64,000 bases of DNA from Alphaproteobacteria bacterium (lineage in GTDB: Bacteria; Pseudomonadota; Alphaproteobacteria; Micavibrionales; SZUA-601), in contig CBDFFU010000003.1 of the NCBI GenBank assembly GCA_965246875.1, forward strand, positions 199,385-263,384. Reading direction: 5' to 3'. Below, piece after piece: positions 19,109 through 29,919 of this stretch (its first letter is position 1; every line of letters starts with the position of its first letter). The translations under genes and the position numbers were made by a program. The notes beneath the pieces are model-generated. The model had not been told where the DNA came from. It searched no databases and was given only the letters and a program-made list of their open reading frames with translations.

Positions 19109-20077
19109 ATGAAAAGATTGAATTTTTTACTTCTCGCTGCAATGTCCGTTTCGGCCTGTAGCGGTTTCAGCAATCGCACGGCCATCGATGCGCTGAACGA
19201 AGCCAAGCCGGTTGGCTCTACCTTTACGCAAGAGCTGGCTGCGGGTTATAAAAAATTCGCGAATAATCAGCAGAATAAATTCTTTGATTACGCCGATGCG
19301 TTGCACTTCGCGAAAAAAGGCCTGTTGGCTGCCGAAGGCAAGAACGTGTTGCCAGAGCCACTGACAAATTGGCAGCTGGACCCGGGTGCCCATGCCGAAC
19401 TGGCGCAGGCGCGTAGCCAATTGGTCGGCGTACTGGACGCTGGTGGACGTAACGAAAAACCGACCGATGCCGCAACGGCCCAATTGAAATTCGATTGCTG
19501 GATCGAGCAACAGGAAGAAAACCTGATCCGCACGCCATCCTGCAAAGCGGAGTTTATGTCGGCCATGGATAATCTGGCCAGCCTGATGAAACTGCCAGCC
19601 AGCACCAAACAAGGCATGCCGGTGATGCCAGGCAAAAAACCATTGCCACCGGTTGACAACACGATGGGTCGCAAAGGCGGTATGGTATCCGGTCTTGCTC
19701 CAGTGATCAGCCAAACCGAAACCGGTCCAGCGAAAATCATGGATGAAGGCATGTTCCTGGTGTTCTATGACTTCAACAAATCGGTGTTGAATGACAGCGG
19801 CATGCAAGTCATGGACGCGGTAGCCAAGCAATTGAAAACCCGCAAAGACATCCATGCCGTCACGGTTACCGGCTTTACGGATACGTCCGGCTCAACGGCT
19901 TATAACCGCCGCCTGTCCCAACGCCGTGCCGATGCTGTACGCAAGGCGCTGATCAAGGTCGGTGTACCCGCCCACTTGCTGACCACCAAAGCCTTGGGTG
20001 AAACGCAACTGATGGTGAAAACACCAGACAACACACGCGAACCCGCCAACCGCCGCGCCGAAATTCATTTCGATTAA
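19109..20077 (+). CDS. OmpA-family lipoprotein
   Basis: Lipobox MSVSAC|SG. C-terminal OmpA_C block (FDFNKSVL, TGFTDTSGSTAYNRRLSQRRADAV, NRRAEIHF). Confidence 0.8.
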   Translation: MKRLNFLLLAAMSVSACSGFSNRTAIDALNEAKPVGSTFTQELAAGYKKFANNQQNKFFDYADALHFAKKGLLAAEGKNVLPEPLTNWQLDPGAHAELAQARSQLVGVLDAGGRNEKPTDAATAQLKFDCWIEQQEENLIRTPSCKAEFMSAMDNLASLMKLPASTKQGMPVMPGKKPLPPVDNTMGRKGGMVSGLAPVISQTETGPAKIMDEGMFLVFYDFNKSVLNDSGMQVMDAVAKQLKTRKDIHAVTVTGFTDTSGSTAYNRRLSQRRADAVRKALIKVGVPAHLLTTKALGETQLMVKTPDNTREPANRRAEIHFD

Positions 20078-20145
20078 GCGTGCCAATATACATTTGAAAA
20101 AGCCCGGTCATTGCACCGGTCTTTTTTGTATCTTATCTTTGACAG

Positions 20146-20559
20146 ATGGCTGCTACAATCCTCACCCCCTATCAAGCTGAAACCAACGGTATTGTGATTA
20201 CCGTTATGCCGGCGTTTTTGCCGCATGAATCCGATCCGTCTGATAATAAATACATGTGGGGCTATGCCATCCGCATCCGCAACACCACCGACCAAAGCCT
20301 GCAACTGCGTGACCGGCACTGGGTCATTTACGACGCACTGGGCCGCAAAGAAGAAGTCCAGGGCGAAGGCGTCGTCGGCGACCAGCCTGTCATCAAACCG
20401 GGCAGCCATTACGATTATAATTCTGGCGTCCCCCTGACCACACCCTCCGGCCTCATGCGCGGCCAGTATCGGTTTACCGCTACTGATGGGTCTGATTTTT
20501 GGGCCGAGATTCCAGCGTTTTCACTCGACAGTCCGCATGATGGGGCGGCGAAGAATTAG
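20146..20559 (+). CDS. apaG: ApaG (DUF525) protein
   Basis: 137 aa with YMWGYAIRIRNT, LQLRDRHWVIYD and GEGVVGDQPVIKPG blocks. Confidence 0.85.
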   Translation: MAATILTPYQAETNGIVITVMPAFLPHESDPSDNKYMWGYAIRIRNTTDQSLQLRDRHWVIYDALGRKEEVQGEGVVGDQPVIKPGSHYDYNSGVPLTTPSGLMRGQYRFTATDGSDFWAEIPAFSLDSPHDGAAKN

Positions 20560-20660
20560 CCGTCAAGCGTGTCCTGAAGGAATTTGAAGGGGTGACATTC
20601 AGGATCTCGCTTAAATGAGCCATAGAGACATTGTTCCCCAAACCTTCGTCCTTTGAAACC

Positions 20661-23486
20661 CTAATGCGCCTCATCCCAATTCGGCCCGATGCCCGTTTCC
20701 ACGACCAGCGGCACGGATAACGCCATCACATTTTCCATCGCAGCCTTGATCAACGGGGCCACGCGTTCGGCATCGGCTTCTGCGACTTCCAGAACCAATT
20801 CGTCATGCACCTGCAACAATAATTTGGCTGGCAGATTTTCGTTGCGGATCAGCTTACCCACCGCAATCATCGCCAGTTTCACGATGTCGGCGGCGGTTCC
20901 TTGAATTGGCGCGTTGATCGCCTGGCGTTCCGCAAAGCCGCGTTCGGCACCGTTGCGGGAATTGATGCCGGGCATCCAGCATTGCCGCCCGGCCAGTGTC
21001 AGCACATAGCCATGCTGTTTCGCAAACGCCTTGGTGTCGGCCATATAGTCGCGCAGCTGATGGAATTTCTGCATATATTGTTTGATATAAGCACTGGCCG
21101 TCGCATTGTCCGTACCCAATTGCCGTGCCAAACCAAAACCGCTGATGCCGTAAATAATGCCAAAATTAATTGCTTTCGCCGCACGGCGTTCTTCGCGCGT
21201 GACATCCGCCAACGGGGTGCCAAACACCTCGCTGGCGGTCAGTTGGTGAATGTCGATCTGATCCCGGAACGCTTCTTTCAAGCGGTCAATATTCGCCATC
21301 TCCGCAATCAAACGCAATTCAATCTGCGAATAATCCGCACTCAACATGATCATACCGGGATCAGGGACAAAAGCTTTGCGGATTTTGCGCCCCTCTTCGG
21401 TACGGATCGGAATGTTTTGCAGGTTCGGATCACTAGACGACAATCGCCCGGTGTTTGTGATGCTTTGCGCAAAGCTTGTATGCACACGCCCTGTGCGTTG
21501 TGAAATCTGCAACGGCAATGCCTCGGTATAGGTGCTACGCAGTTTCGCCATCTGCCGCCATTCCAGCAAGTTTGCGACGATGGTATGACCCTGATTGGCT
21601 AAATCTTCCAATGTTTTGGCGTCGGTGGCGTAGGCGCCGGTCTTGGTTTTTTTCGGTGCCGGCAACCCCATGGCACCAAACAATACATCACCCATTTGTT
21701 TCGGGCTGCCGATATTAAATTCCTGTCCCGCTTCTTTATAAATCGCGCTGGCCATTTCGTCGGTTTTTTTCGCGAACTCCTGGCTGAGGCCGTGCAGCAC
21801 CGCCTTATCGATGCGGATGCCTTCGTTTTCCATGGCCGCTAAGATCGGCACCAAGGGCTTATCCATCTCATGATACAACGCCATTTTTTTCTGCTGCACC
21901 AGTAACGGCTGCAACAAATGATACAAACGCAAGGTCATATCGGCATCTTCACAGGCGTAATCTTTTACCGCATCCGGGTGCATCTCGGCAAAGTTTTTCT
22001 GCTTGACGCCTTTGCCCACCACATCGGTATAGGAAATAGTCTGATGCGATAAATATTTCAGCGCGATCTCATCCAGCCCGTGCCCATGTTGTGCGCCGAA
22101 CAAGACATACGACATGATCATCGTGTCATCGAATGGCGTTAAATCCAGCCCGACATGTTTGAGGATTTGCCCGTCATATTTCGCATTATGCGCGACCTTT
22201 AAAATCGCTGGGTCTTGTAACACTGGCTGTAACGCGGCAACCACATCCGCTAACGGCAATTGCGTAAAGCCCGACACATCGCTGTTCAATAAATCGGTTT
22301 GCGCTGCTTGATGCGCGATTGGAATGTAACACGCATCGCCCACGCCAACCGCCAGGCAAATGCCCACCAGATCGGCTTTGGCCGGCGTCAATGCCGTCGT
22401 TTCCGTATCGATCGACACCAGACCCGCCGTGCGGATTTTCATGACCCACTGTTGTAACTGTTCGGCGGTTGTCACCAATTCATAGCGCAAACTATCTTGT
22501 GTTGCGGTCGTTGTTAACGTTCCCGGCGCAAACTCCGGCATCGGTGCGTAGCGCGACGGAATATCCGCTTGGGCAGTGGCTGGATTATCCTGCCGCGCGT
22601 CGCCCGCGACCCAGCCCCAACGTTTTTCCGCGCGTGACAAAATGCTGCGGAAATTGTTCATTTCCAAAAATGTGCGCAATGCGCTCATATCCGGCGTGTG
22701 CGGGATCAGTTCCGCAAACGGTAAGGGCAGTGGCGTATCATGATCCAGCTGCACCAGACGTTTCGAAATCCGCGCCTGCTCCGCAAACTCAATCAGGCTT
22801 TCACGGCGCTTGTTTTGTTTGATCGTCCCGGCCTGTTCCAGCAAGGTTTCCAGATCACCGAACTGATTGATCAAATCGGCTGCCGTCTTCACGCCAATCC
22901 CCGGTACACCCGGTACATTATCGCTGCTGTCACCGGCCAAAGCCTGTACATCCACCACTTTGTCCGGGGTTACCCCAAACTTGGCCATGACGTTCTCTTC
23001 GGTGATCGGCGCATATTTAAACGGGTCCAGCAAGCCGATGCCGGGCTTGATCAGCTGCATCAAATCCTTGTCTGCTGATACGATTTTGACATTACAGCCC
23101 TGCTGTACCGAATGCGTCGCATAGGCCGCAATCAGATCATCGGCTTCATAGCCTTCCAGTTCGATCGACGTCACCCCAAAGGCCGCCGTCGCCTCGCGGA
23201 TCATTTTCATCTGCGGGATCAGATCTTCCGGTGTCTCGCCACGGTTGGCTTTGTATTGCGCATAAATATCATGACGGAAATTGCGCCGCGCGCTGTCAAA
23301 AATCACGGCCAGCAAATCATTGCCGCTTTCCTCGATCATCTTGAACAGCATATTGCAATAGCCCATCACCGCACCAACCGGTGTGCCATCGGCCCGCGTC
23401 AACGGCGGCAAGGCGTGATAGGCCCGGAAAATAAACCCGGAGCCGTCAATGAGATACAGTGTTTTGCAAGGCGCGGTGTCAGTCAT
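20661..23486 (-). CDS. polA: DNA polymerase I
   Basis: 941 aa with a 5'-3' exonuclease N-terminus, a 3'-5' exonuclease domain and a family A polymerase domain (RRAAKAINFGIIYG, QVHDELVLE). Confidence 0.95.
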   Translation of the reverse strand: MTDTAPCKTLYLIDGSGFIFRAYHALPPLTRADGTPVGAVMGYCNMLFKMIEESGNDLLAVIFDSARRNFRHDIYAQYKANRGETPEDLIPQMKMIREATAAFGVTSIELEGYEADDLIAAYATHSVQQGCNVKIVSADKDLMQLIKPGIGLLDPFKYAPITEENVMAKFGVTPDKVVDVQALAGDSSDNVPGVPGIGVKTAADLINQFGDLETLLEQAGTIKQNKRRESLIEFAEQARISKRLVQLDHDTPLPLPFAELIPHTPDMSALRTFLEMNNFRSILSRAEKRWGWVAGDARQDNPATAQADIPSRYAPMPEFAPGTLTTTATQDSLRYELVTTAEQLQQWVMKIRTAGLVSIDTETTALTPAKADLVGICLAVGVGDACYIPIAHQAAQTDLLNSDVSGFTQLPLADVVAALQPVLQDPAILKVAHNAKYDGQILKHVGLDLTPFDDTMIMSYVLFGAQHGHGLDEIALKYLSHQTISYTDVVGKGVKQKNFAEMHPDAVKDYACEDADMTLRLYHLLQPLLVQQKKMALYHEMDKPLVPILAAMENEGIRIDKAVLHGLSQEFAKKTDEMASAIYKEAGQEFNIGSPKQMGDVLFGAMGLPAPKKTKTGAYATDAKTLEDLANQGHTIVANLLEWRQMAKLRSTYTEALPLQISQRTGRVHTSFAQSITNTGRLSSSDPNLQNIPIRTEEGRKIRKAFVPDPGMIMLSADYSQIELRLIAEMANIDRLKEAFRDQIDIHQLTASEVFGTPLADVTREERRAAKAINFGIIYGISGFGLARQLGTDNATASAYIKQYMQKFHQLRDYMADTKAFAKQHGYVLTLAGRQCWMPGINSRNGAERGFAERQAINAPIQGTAADIVKLAMIAVGKLIRNENLPAKLLLQVHDELVLEVAEADAERVAPLIKAAMENVMALSVPLVVETGIGPNWDEAH

Positions 23487-23603
23487 GCCGCTATTGTGCG
23501 GAGGTTTTAGACAGGGGGCAAGGGCTGTTTAAATACGCTTCGGTCCTAACAGTGCTTTTGCGGCTGGCCCCTTATTTTTACGCATGTCCCGGTTAAGCGG
23601 GAG

Positions 23604-23837
23604 TCACAGCGGCTCGGCGCATGCCAGACACGCATGCTTCAGTTGCCTTTGCGCCGCGCGGAACGCTGCGGAGTCCACATTCTGCTTGAAAATGTGGCCG
23701 CTAAACACGACAGTGGACGTGGCCGCGGGGACTGGCGGCTGGCCGTTATGCCGGGCGACGCGGTCGGGCCATTTCTGGTAAGCCTCGCATCCGGCTAGCA
23801 AAAAACTGGTGAAAAAGAGTGCTGTAGCCTGTCTCAT
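23604..23837 (-). CDS. small putative lipoprotein
   Basis: 77 aa with lipobox FLLAGC|E. No other support. Confidence 0.35.
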   Translation of the reverse strand: MRQATALFFTSFLLAGCEAYQKWPDRVARHNGQPPVPAATSTVVFSGHIFKQNVDSAAFRAAQRQLKHACLACAEPL

Positions 23838-23917
23838 TTCAAGTTCCTTTCTGCATGATAGTCTTACTGTGCCGATCTCTGGGCCTGCGTCAACTTAAAA
23901 ATAAGCCTGGCCTATAA

Positions 23918-24289
23918 TCATGCTGATTTGCCCAGCTCCAGCAAGCCGACCGCCGCGATCCCCAGCAACAGCCCGGCCGTCTCCACGCGGTTCAAGGCCT
24001 CATCATACCGCCACCAGCTCCACACCGCCAAAATCAGTACATTGAGAATGATCAGCAGCAGCGATGCCAGTGCAATGTTCTTAAAGCGGAACGACCAGCA
24101 CAGGAACAGCAAACCCGCCATATACAGGCCGAACATCACGGCGAAATGCGGCATGCGGTTGGATTGCACCCACAGCTTTGCCGCGATATCGCCAAGGGTC
24201 AGGCAGACGCTGCCAGCCAGGATAATCAGCAATGGCCCCAGGTTGTGCCCAAAGAGAAAAAGTTGCATCCGAAGCCTCTGTTGTTTCAC
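23918..24289 (-). CDS. small 4-TM membrane protein (SMR/DMT-like)
   Basis: About 115-123 aa with four hydrophobic helices. A Met alternative lies at codon 8. Confidence 0.4.
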   Translation of the reverse strand: MKQQRLRMQLFLFGHNLGPLLIILAGSVCLTLGDIAAKLWVQSNRMPHFAVMFGLYMAGLLFLCWSFRFKNIALASLLLIILNVLILAVWSWWRYDEALNRVETAGLLLGIAAVGLLELGKSA

Positions 24290-24347
24290 GCCAAAACGGC
24301 TAAACTAAGCCGCTGTCGGACATTACTTTATTTTAATACAGGTTTCC

Positions 24348-25847
24348 ATGACAACTCTGACCCAATCTCCCGCCTGGCGCGCTTTGCAATCGCATCGTGA
24401 TACATTCGATCACGACATGCTGCGCGACGCCGATTATCAGGAGGCCTTTACCTGTACGGCTGCTGGTCTGAAACTCGATTACGGCCGTCACTGGATCATG
24501 CCGGAAACCGTTGCCTTGCTGCTGGATCTGGTCAAGCAACAGGACCTGGCTGGCTGGCGGATGAAGATGTTTTGTGGCGAACCCATCAACACCACTGAAA
24601 ACCGCGCTGTTCTGCACACGGCGTTGCGCGCCAAAATGGATACACGCTGTCTGATCAACAATCAGGATGTGATGCCCGATATTCAAACCGTCAAATTGCA
24701 TATGGCTGATTTTTGCAAACGGGTCCGCACCGGCCAATGGCTGGGTGCCACGAACCAGCCCATCCGTTCTGTCGTCAATATCGGCATCGGTGGTTCAGAC
24801 CTCGGCCCAAAAATGGTAACGGAAGCTCTCAAGCCGTTTCATGATACCGGTATCAAGTTTCATTTCGTCTCAAACATTGATAGCACGCACATGGTTGAAA
24901 CGTTGAAGCAGTGCGATCCGGCATCCACACTGTTTATCGTCGCCTCAAAAACGTTTTCCACCATTGAAACCTTGACGAACGCCAAAACAGCACGCGACTG
25001 GCTGACGGCAACGCTTGGTGCATCAGCCACCGCCAAACATTTTGTCGCGGTATCGACAGCTACGGAAAAAGTCAAAGCCTTCGGCATCGACCCGAATAAT
25101 ATGTTTGAATTCTGGGATTGGGTTGGTGGGCGTTACAGCGTCTGGTCGGCCATTGGGTTGTCGGTGATGCTGGCGATTGGTCCGGCGCAATTTGAGCAAT
25201 TTCTGCATGGCGCGCAAGAGATGGATAATCACTTCGTCACCGCACCGCTGGAAGAGAACATGCCCGTCATGATGGCACTGCTTGGTGTGTGGTACCGCAA
25301 TTTCTGGAATTTGCAGGTGGCGGCAGTATTGCCTTATGATCAATACTTAGAAAACTTCCCGCGTTATTTGCAGCAGCTGGACATGGAAAGCAACGGCAAG
25401 TCTGTTGACCGTGATGGCTGCAATGTCGATTACGACACTGGCACAATCGTGTTCGGCGAACCGGGAACCAACGGCCAGCACGCGTTTTATCAATTGATTC
25501 ATCAAGGCACAACCATTATCCCATGCGATTTTATCGTGACGCACACAGCACACAATGCGCGCAGCGATCATCACAAAATTTTGCTGGCCAATGCCCTCGC
25601 GCAACCCGAAGCCTTGTGGCATGGCCGCAGTCTGGAACAAGCCAACGGCAATCCGTACAAAGTCTTCTCCGGCCTGCGCCCGTCCAGCATCTTGCACATT
25701 GAAAACTTGAACCCGCACACCCTTGGTTCACTCATCGCGCTCTACGAACACAAGGTTTTCACCCAAAGCGTGATCTGGAACATCAATGCGTTCGATCAGT
25801 TTGGTGTGGAGTTGGGCAAAGAGATGGCATTGGGGATGATGAAATGA
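24348..25847 (+). CDS. pgi: glucose-6-phosphate isomerase
   Basis: 499 aa with PGI blocks ([36 protein letters not shown]). Confidence 0.9.
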   Translation: MTTLTQSPAWRALQSHRDTFDHDMLRDADYQEAFTCTAAGLKLDYGRHWIMPETVALLLDLVKQQDLAGWRMKMFCGEPINTTENRAVLHTALRAKMDTRCLINNQDVMPDIQTVKLHMADFCKRVRTGQWLGATNQPIRSVVNIGIGGSDLGPKMVTEALKPFHDTGIKFHFVSNIDSTHMVETLKQCDPASTLFIVASKTFSTIETLTNAKTARDWLTATLGASATAKHFVAVSTATEKVKAFGIDPNNMFEFWDWVGGRYSVWSAIGLSVMLAIGPAQFEQFLHGAQEMDNHFVTAPLEENMPVMMALLGVWYRNFWNLQVAAVLPYDQYLENFPRYLQQLDMESNGKSVDRDGCNVDYDTGTIVFGEPGTNGQHAFYQLIHQGTTIIPCDFIVTHTAHNARSDHHKILLANALAQPEALWHGRSLEQANGNPYKVFSGLRPSSILHIENLNPHTLGSLIALYEHKVFTQSVIWNINAFDQFGVELGKEMALGMMK

Positions 25848-25863
25848 CTTGTAACTACAGTCC

Positions 25864-26442
25864 ATGGCAACATCAAAATCAAACCGGAGAAAAAACACAA
25901 TGACAGCTGTTATTTTGCATGATTTAACGTCTGATCATGTGTTGTCACTCTCACGCATCATCAGTCATCCCGATTTTTTCTATGCACCAATCAGCCGGGA
26001 TCACAATGATCCGCATGCTGACGCCGCAAACTATTGCCAACAGGCAGAAGACGTGCGGTTGCAGACAGATAACCATGTTTGCATCAAAGGTATTTTCAAG
26101 GAAGACGGCGCATTGATTGGCGTGTGTGGCCTGTCTGATCCTGTGCCTTTTTATTCCCATCGGCCAGACTGGGATAAAGAATATGCCATGGGTGGAGCAA
26201 TCGCTGTTGATGAACGCGGCCAAGGCTATGGAACACGCGCTGCTTTCGCATTAATGAATCTCGCCTTGAACACCAAAGGCATTTGCAATTTGAGCGCTAC
26301 TGTCGATACCGACTGCAAACCTGCTGTGCATATTTTTCACAGTCTGGGTATGACGGAAACCTATATGCCATTACAAAGTGAAGACACGTGCGGTGGTGAT
26401 ACTCAACATCCAGCGTCGCGTGTTTTTAAATTGTTTTATTGA
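25864..26442 (+). CDS. GNAT-family acetyltransferase (putative)
   Basis: Motif-A-like VDERGQGYGTRAA and appropriate size. The start may be the Met at 25900. Confidence 0.45.
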   Translation: MATSKSNRRKNTMTAVILHDLTSDHVLSLSRIISHPDFFYAPISRDHNDPHADAANYCQQAEDVRLQTDNHVCIKGIFKEDGALIGVCGLSDPVPFYSHRPDWDKEYAMGGAIAVDERGQGYGTRAAFALMNLALNTKGICNLSATVDTDCKPAVHIFHSLGMTETYMPLQSEDTCGGDTQHPASRVFKLFY

Positions 26443-26490
26443 GTCTCGCAACATTTTTACACAACGACATGTTAGGGTTTGTAATTTTTC

Positions 26491-26519
26491 TTGACAAAAC
26501 ACGGCGCCTCTAGTACCAT
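26491..26519 (+). promoter_or_regulatory. sigma-70-like promoter candidate (TTGACA-17 nt-TACCAT)
   Basis: Perfect -35 hexamer at 26491-26496, a 17-nt spacer and a 4/6 match to the -10 hexamer at 26514-26519. It lies in a 350-nt ORF-poor gap. Confidence 0.35.
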
Positions 26520-26827
26520 GACCTCATTGGAAGGTGCTTTATGCGTGATAATAATGAGGGTTTCATTAGAACTCTTGTTTCCTCCGGCCTCCGGGCCACA
26601 CGATCTCACTTGCACGGTGTCAGCCACCGGATCGCAACAAAAATTCTTAAAACCAAAACACTGCGCCACACCGCTCACACCAAATTGAGCGTTGCGTGGC
26701 TCTTTCGACAGCGTCGTCCTGTTTCACTGTCTTTGACAGTTTAAATTCTTCTTTTCCCTCACTTCATTCGTTCAGCTTCACAGTCTGAACATTGCGAACG
26801 CGTTTTTATTTTTACAGGATAATTCAC

Positions 26828-27289
26828 ATGAGCTACGATGACAACGAAACCGAAGCCTTTAAAACCAAATTAAAAACCTATATGGCCATTGGCGGCCTCA
26901 TGCTAAGCGGCATTTATCACCATTTTGCAACCGAAACGCGCATGATCACCGGCGCGGAATTGCAGAACAAAGAAGAAAAAACCTATTACCAATGTTCCGG
27001 TTCTGGCAAAAACCGTCATTGCCATTGGGAACATGACTATTATTACTATTTAAAAAACGGCCTTACCTTGCGCGACGAATCCTCAATCTGGGATGGCAAG
27101 TTTGGGGATGGCCAATTTTACAGCAAGGTCGACACGCTGCATATTTATGACTTTAAAACCAATCACGACAAATTGCTCGGCGGTGACAACGTGCTGGACA
27201 TCACTCAGGCCGTACCAAAAACAGCGGCCACAGCGTATCATCCATCAATGGATTCAACAATTCCGCCTGAAGAATTGCGTTTGGCTTGA
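26828..27289 (+). CDS. hypothetical protein with one N-terminal TM segment
   Basis: ATG at 26828 preceded by AGGA. 153 aa with no motif recognised. Confidence 0.4.
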   Translation: MSYDDNETEAFKTKLKTYMAIGGLMLSGIYHHFATETRMITGAELQNKEEKTYYQCSGSGKNRHCHWEHDYYYYLKNGLTLRDESSIWDGKFGDGQFYSKVDTLHIYDFKTNHDKLLGGDNVLDITQAVPKTAATAYHPSMDSTIPPEELRLA

Positions 27290-27386
27290 CAACACCCAGA
27301 CAAAAGACAAATCCGCTGCGTTAAAAGGAGAGTTTTATCGTGCCAATAAAAAATTCTGACTTCTGATTTCTGACATCCGACCTCCG

Positions 27387-28418
27387 CTACACCGGCAGCC
27401 ACAACACATCGTTGATATCGTCTGTATGTGCAGCCAGCATGACAAGGCGATCGACGCCCAACGCAATGCCGCTGCAGGCCGGCATGCCGTGTTCCATGGC
27501 GCGCAAGAAATCCTCGTCAATTGGCCAGGCATGGCCATACAAAGTTTGCTTTTCCGCCATGTCCGCTGTGAACCGAGCACGCTGTTCGACCGGGTCGGTC
27601 AATTCGCTAAACGCGTTGGCCAGTTCCAGACCATTCACATACAATTCAAAGCGCTCCGCCCAGCGTGGGTCGCTCTCTTTTTTGCGTGACAGCACAGCCA
27701 TATGGGCGGGGTATTCATACAAGAACGTTGGTCGCTCCTGCCCCAGTTGCGGTTCGATCACTTCGTTCAATACCGCGAAATACAGCGTGTCCCAATCATC
27801 ACTGTCCAGCACGCGCGCGCCGGCGTTCATACACGCTGCATACAACCCATCACGGTTGCCTAATAAATCACCCAATGGAATGTTCGCATAGCGCATGAAC
27901 GCGTCGTGCAAGGTCAGGTATTCAGCTTCGGCAAACGGGTCACACGTTTTACCGTGATAGATAAAGTCCGTAACACCAACGGCGCTTGCAACGTCGCGGA
28001 GTAATTCCACACAATCCTGCATGATAGCTCTGTAATCACAACCCACGCGATACCATTCAATCATGGTGAATTCAGGCGAATGACGCGACGACCCTTCGGC
28101 GTTGCGAAACACGTGGCAAATCTGGAATTGTTTGTCCACGCCGGCCGCAATCAATTTCTTCATCGCAAATTCCGGGCTAGTGTGCAGCCACATCTCACGC
28201 CGCCCTTGCTGATCGGCACTCAATAATTCCGTCGAGAACCCATGCAGATGCACTTCACATCCCGGTGCCGTCTGCAACATCGGTGTATCGGTTTCATCAA
28301 ACCCCTGCGCATCAAAAAACGCGCGAATGGCCTTGATGACCATCTGGCGTTTTTTAAGGAATGGGTATTTTGTTTTAAATTTTTCGGGGTGCCAGGCGGT
28401 GGTGGATGTCTGTGTCAT
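27387..28418 (-). CDS. epmA: elongation factor P lysine ligase (class II LysRS paralogue, EpmA/GenX)
   Basis: Class II aaRS core without an anticodon domain (FFDAQGFDETDTPML, HTSPEFAMKKL, FRNAEGSSRHSPEFTMIEWY, ALGVDRLVML). ATG at 28416-28418. Confidence 0.8.
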   Translation of the reverse strand: MTQTSTTAWHPEKFKTKYPFLKKRQMVIKAIRAFFDAQGFDETDTPMLQTAPGCEVHLHGFSTELLSADQQGRREMWLHTSPEFAMKKLIAAGVDKQFQICHVFRNAEGSSRHSPEFTMIEWYRVGCDYRAIMQDCVELLRDVASAVGVTDFIYHGKTCDPFAEAEYLTLHDAFMRYANIPLGDLLGNRDGLYAACMNAGARVLDSDDWDTLYFAVLNEVIEPQLGQERPTFLYEYPAHMAVLSRKKESDPRWAERFELYVNGLELANAFSELTDPVEQRARFTADMAEKQTLYGHAWPIDEDFLRAMEHGMPACSGIALGVDRLVMLAAHTDDINDVLWLPV

Positions 28419-28495
28419 GTTTAAATTATACCGATTTAAACCCAACAAAAAAGGCGACCCGCAGGCCGCCTCTTTAAAAATTCGTTTAGACGAAA

Positions 28496-29650
28496 TTAGA
28501 ACTGAACATCTGTCCCAACGGTTCCGACAACGGCGCTGTTATCGCCACCGGCGACAGCCGAGTTGTAGTCGTAATACGCGACCGAACCGCGGAAGCTCAT
28601 GCCTGGGCCATAGGTATAGCTAGCACCAGCGGTGTAGCGATCCAGCTTGTTCTCGCCACCGACATCGTCAGCTTTGGCGTTGAAGTACGATGCACCAAAG
28701 GTGTAAGCGCCATAGGTGTAATCAGCACCCAAGACCCAGTCTTTGTGATCGCCGCCGGTTCCCAGGCCACCATTGTCGGTTTTGTAAGCGCCACCGAAGC
28801 CGAAGCCTTCCCATGTCAACTTAACGCCCGTGTTCCATTCTTGGTAATCATCTGAACCAGCCACTTGCAATTGCTGGCCGGCGGTTGTGTAACCGCCGCC
28901 GGCGTGCAAGCCAACGCCGCTGAATTCGCCATCATAACGCAACGCACCTTCCATGATATTTTCAAACTGACCGGGGTTGTTGCCTGTCAATTGACCGAAA
29001 TAGCTGCTTTGGTTCAGGGAATCGTAAGACGGCGTATAGGTCACGCCGGCCTGGAAACCATTGAATTTCGGCGTCAAATACGTGATTTTGTCAGAGTATT
29101 GGGCTTCACGACCAGCTTGGCCGTTCAATGGGCCGCTGTGCTGGTAATCCTGATCGACAGCGCCGAATGGGTTACCGGCGGTAGATGCCAGGTTGACAAA
29201 GCTGAAATCGATGTCCATCCCGTCAATGTTGCTGTCAGCAGCCGGAGCGGCCACTTGCAACAAGTACGCTGCGCCATTTTCGCGGCCGAGGTTGATACGG
29301 CCCCAGTTGCCGGACATGTACAAATAGCTTTCTTCTGTTTTGGCATCGGTGTTGCCTGGAACAGCGACACCCGTTGGTGTCAAATTGTTCTGGCTGTTTT
29401 CTTGGATCAATTCCGAGTTAAAACCAACGGTCAAGCCATTGTCCAACGTGGTTTCACCCGTGAAATAGACTTGGGATTTCCGCTTGATGCCGAAATCGCG
29501 CGTGTTGGGAGCACCGCTATTGTCTTGATTGGCATAACCGGCATAGCCTTTGAAGAAACCACCCAGATCGAGGTCGATTTCCGCGCGTGCGCTTGAGGCG
29601 CTGAATGTCAAAGCCGCCACTGCCGTCGTCGCGAGAAGTAATTTTTTCAT
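28496..29650 (-). CDS. outer-membrane porin
   Basis: Signal peptide MKKLLLATTAVAALTFSASSARA, a Gly/Tyr-rich beta-strand pattern and a terminal ...VQF. A GGAG lies upstream of the ATG at 29648-29650. Confidence 0.8.
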   Translation of the reverse strand: MKKLLLATTAVAALTFSASSARAEIDLDLGGFFKGYAGYANQDNSGAPNTRDFGIKRKSQVYFTGETTLDNGLTVGFNSELIQENSQNNLTPTGVAVPGNTDAKTEESYLYMSGNWGRINLGRENGAAYLLQVAAPAADSNIDGMDIDFSFVNLASTAGNPFGAVDQDYQHSGPLNGQAGREAQYSDKITYLTPKFNGFQAGVTYTPSYDSLNQSSYFGQLTGNNPGQFENIMEGALRYDGEFSGVGLHAGGGYTTAGQQLQVAGSDDYQEWNTGVKLTWEGFGFGGAYKTDNGGLGTGGDHKDWVLGADYTYGAYTFGASYFNAKADDVGGENKLDRYTAGASYTYGPGMSFRGSVAYYDYNSAVAGGDNSAVVGTVGTDVQF

Positions 29651-29919
29651 AGAGATCTCCAAAAGTCCATAAACCGGACGAGAATCAAGTTGAACGGGAT
29701 AACTCATCCGGCACACGCGTGTGGCGTAAACCCTCTGGCTATATGTTCTCGTTTTACGATCCAGCTGAACAAGCGTCAACGCGTTAGCCTCTCCTCTTCC
29801 CACGAAAGATTAACGTTGTGGCAAAAGAGTCACAACAGATGAAAGCCGGGTTAAGATCTTGTCTTTGCGCCGAAACCCTTCATACTTTCGCCATCTCATT
29901 TACTAAAAGGACAACTCCA

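Noticed and set aside
26527-26745. A short ORF beginning MRDNNEGF..., which recalled the ANDN... tag peptides of alphaproteobacterial tmRNA.
   Set aside because: No tRNA-like acceptor or T-arm (GGTTCGA..., CCA end) lies nearby. The reading frame does not end in the usual ...AA-stop tag terminus. It is kept only as a generic candidate leader or sRNA region.
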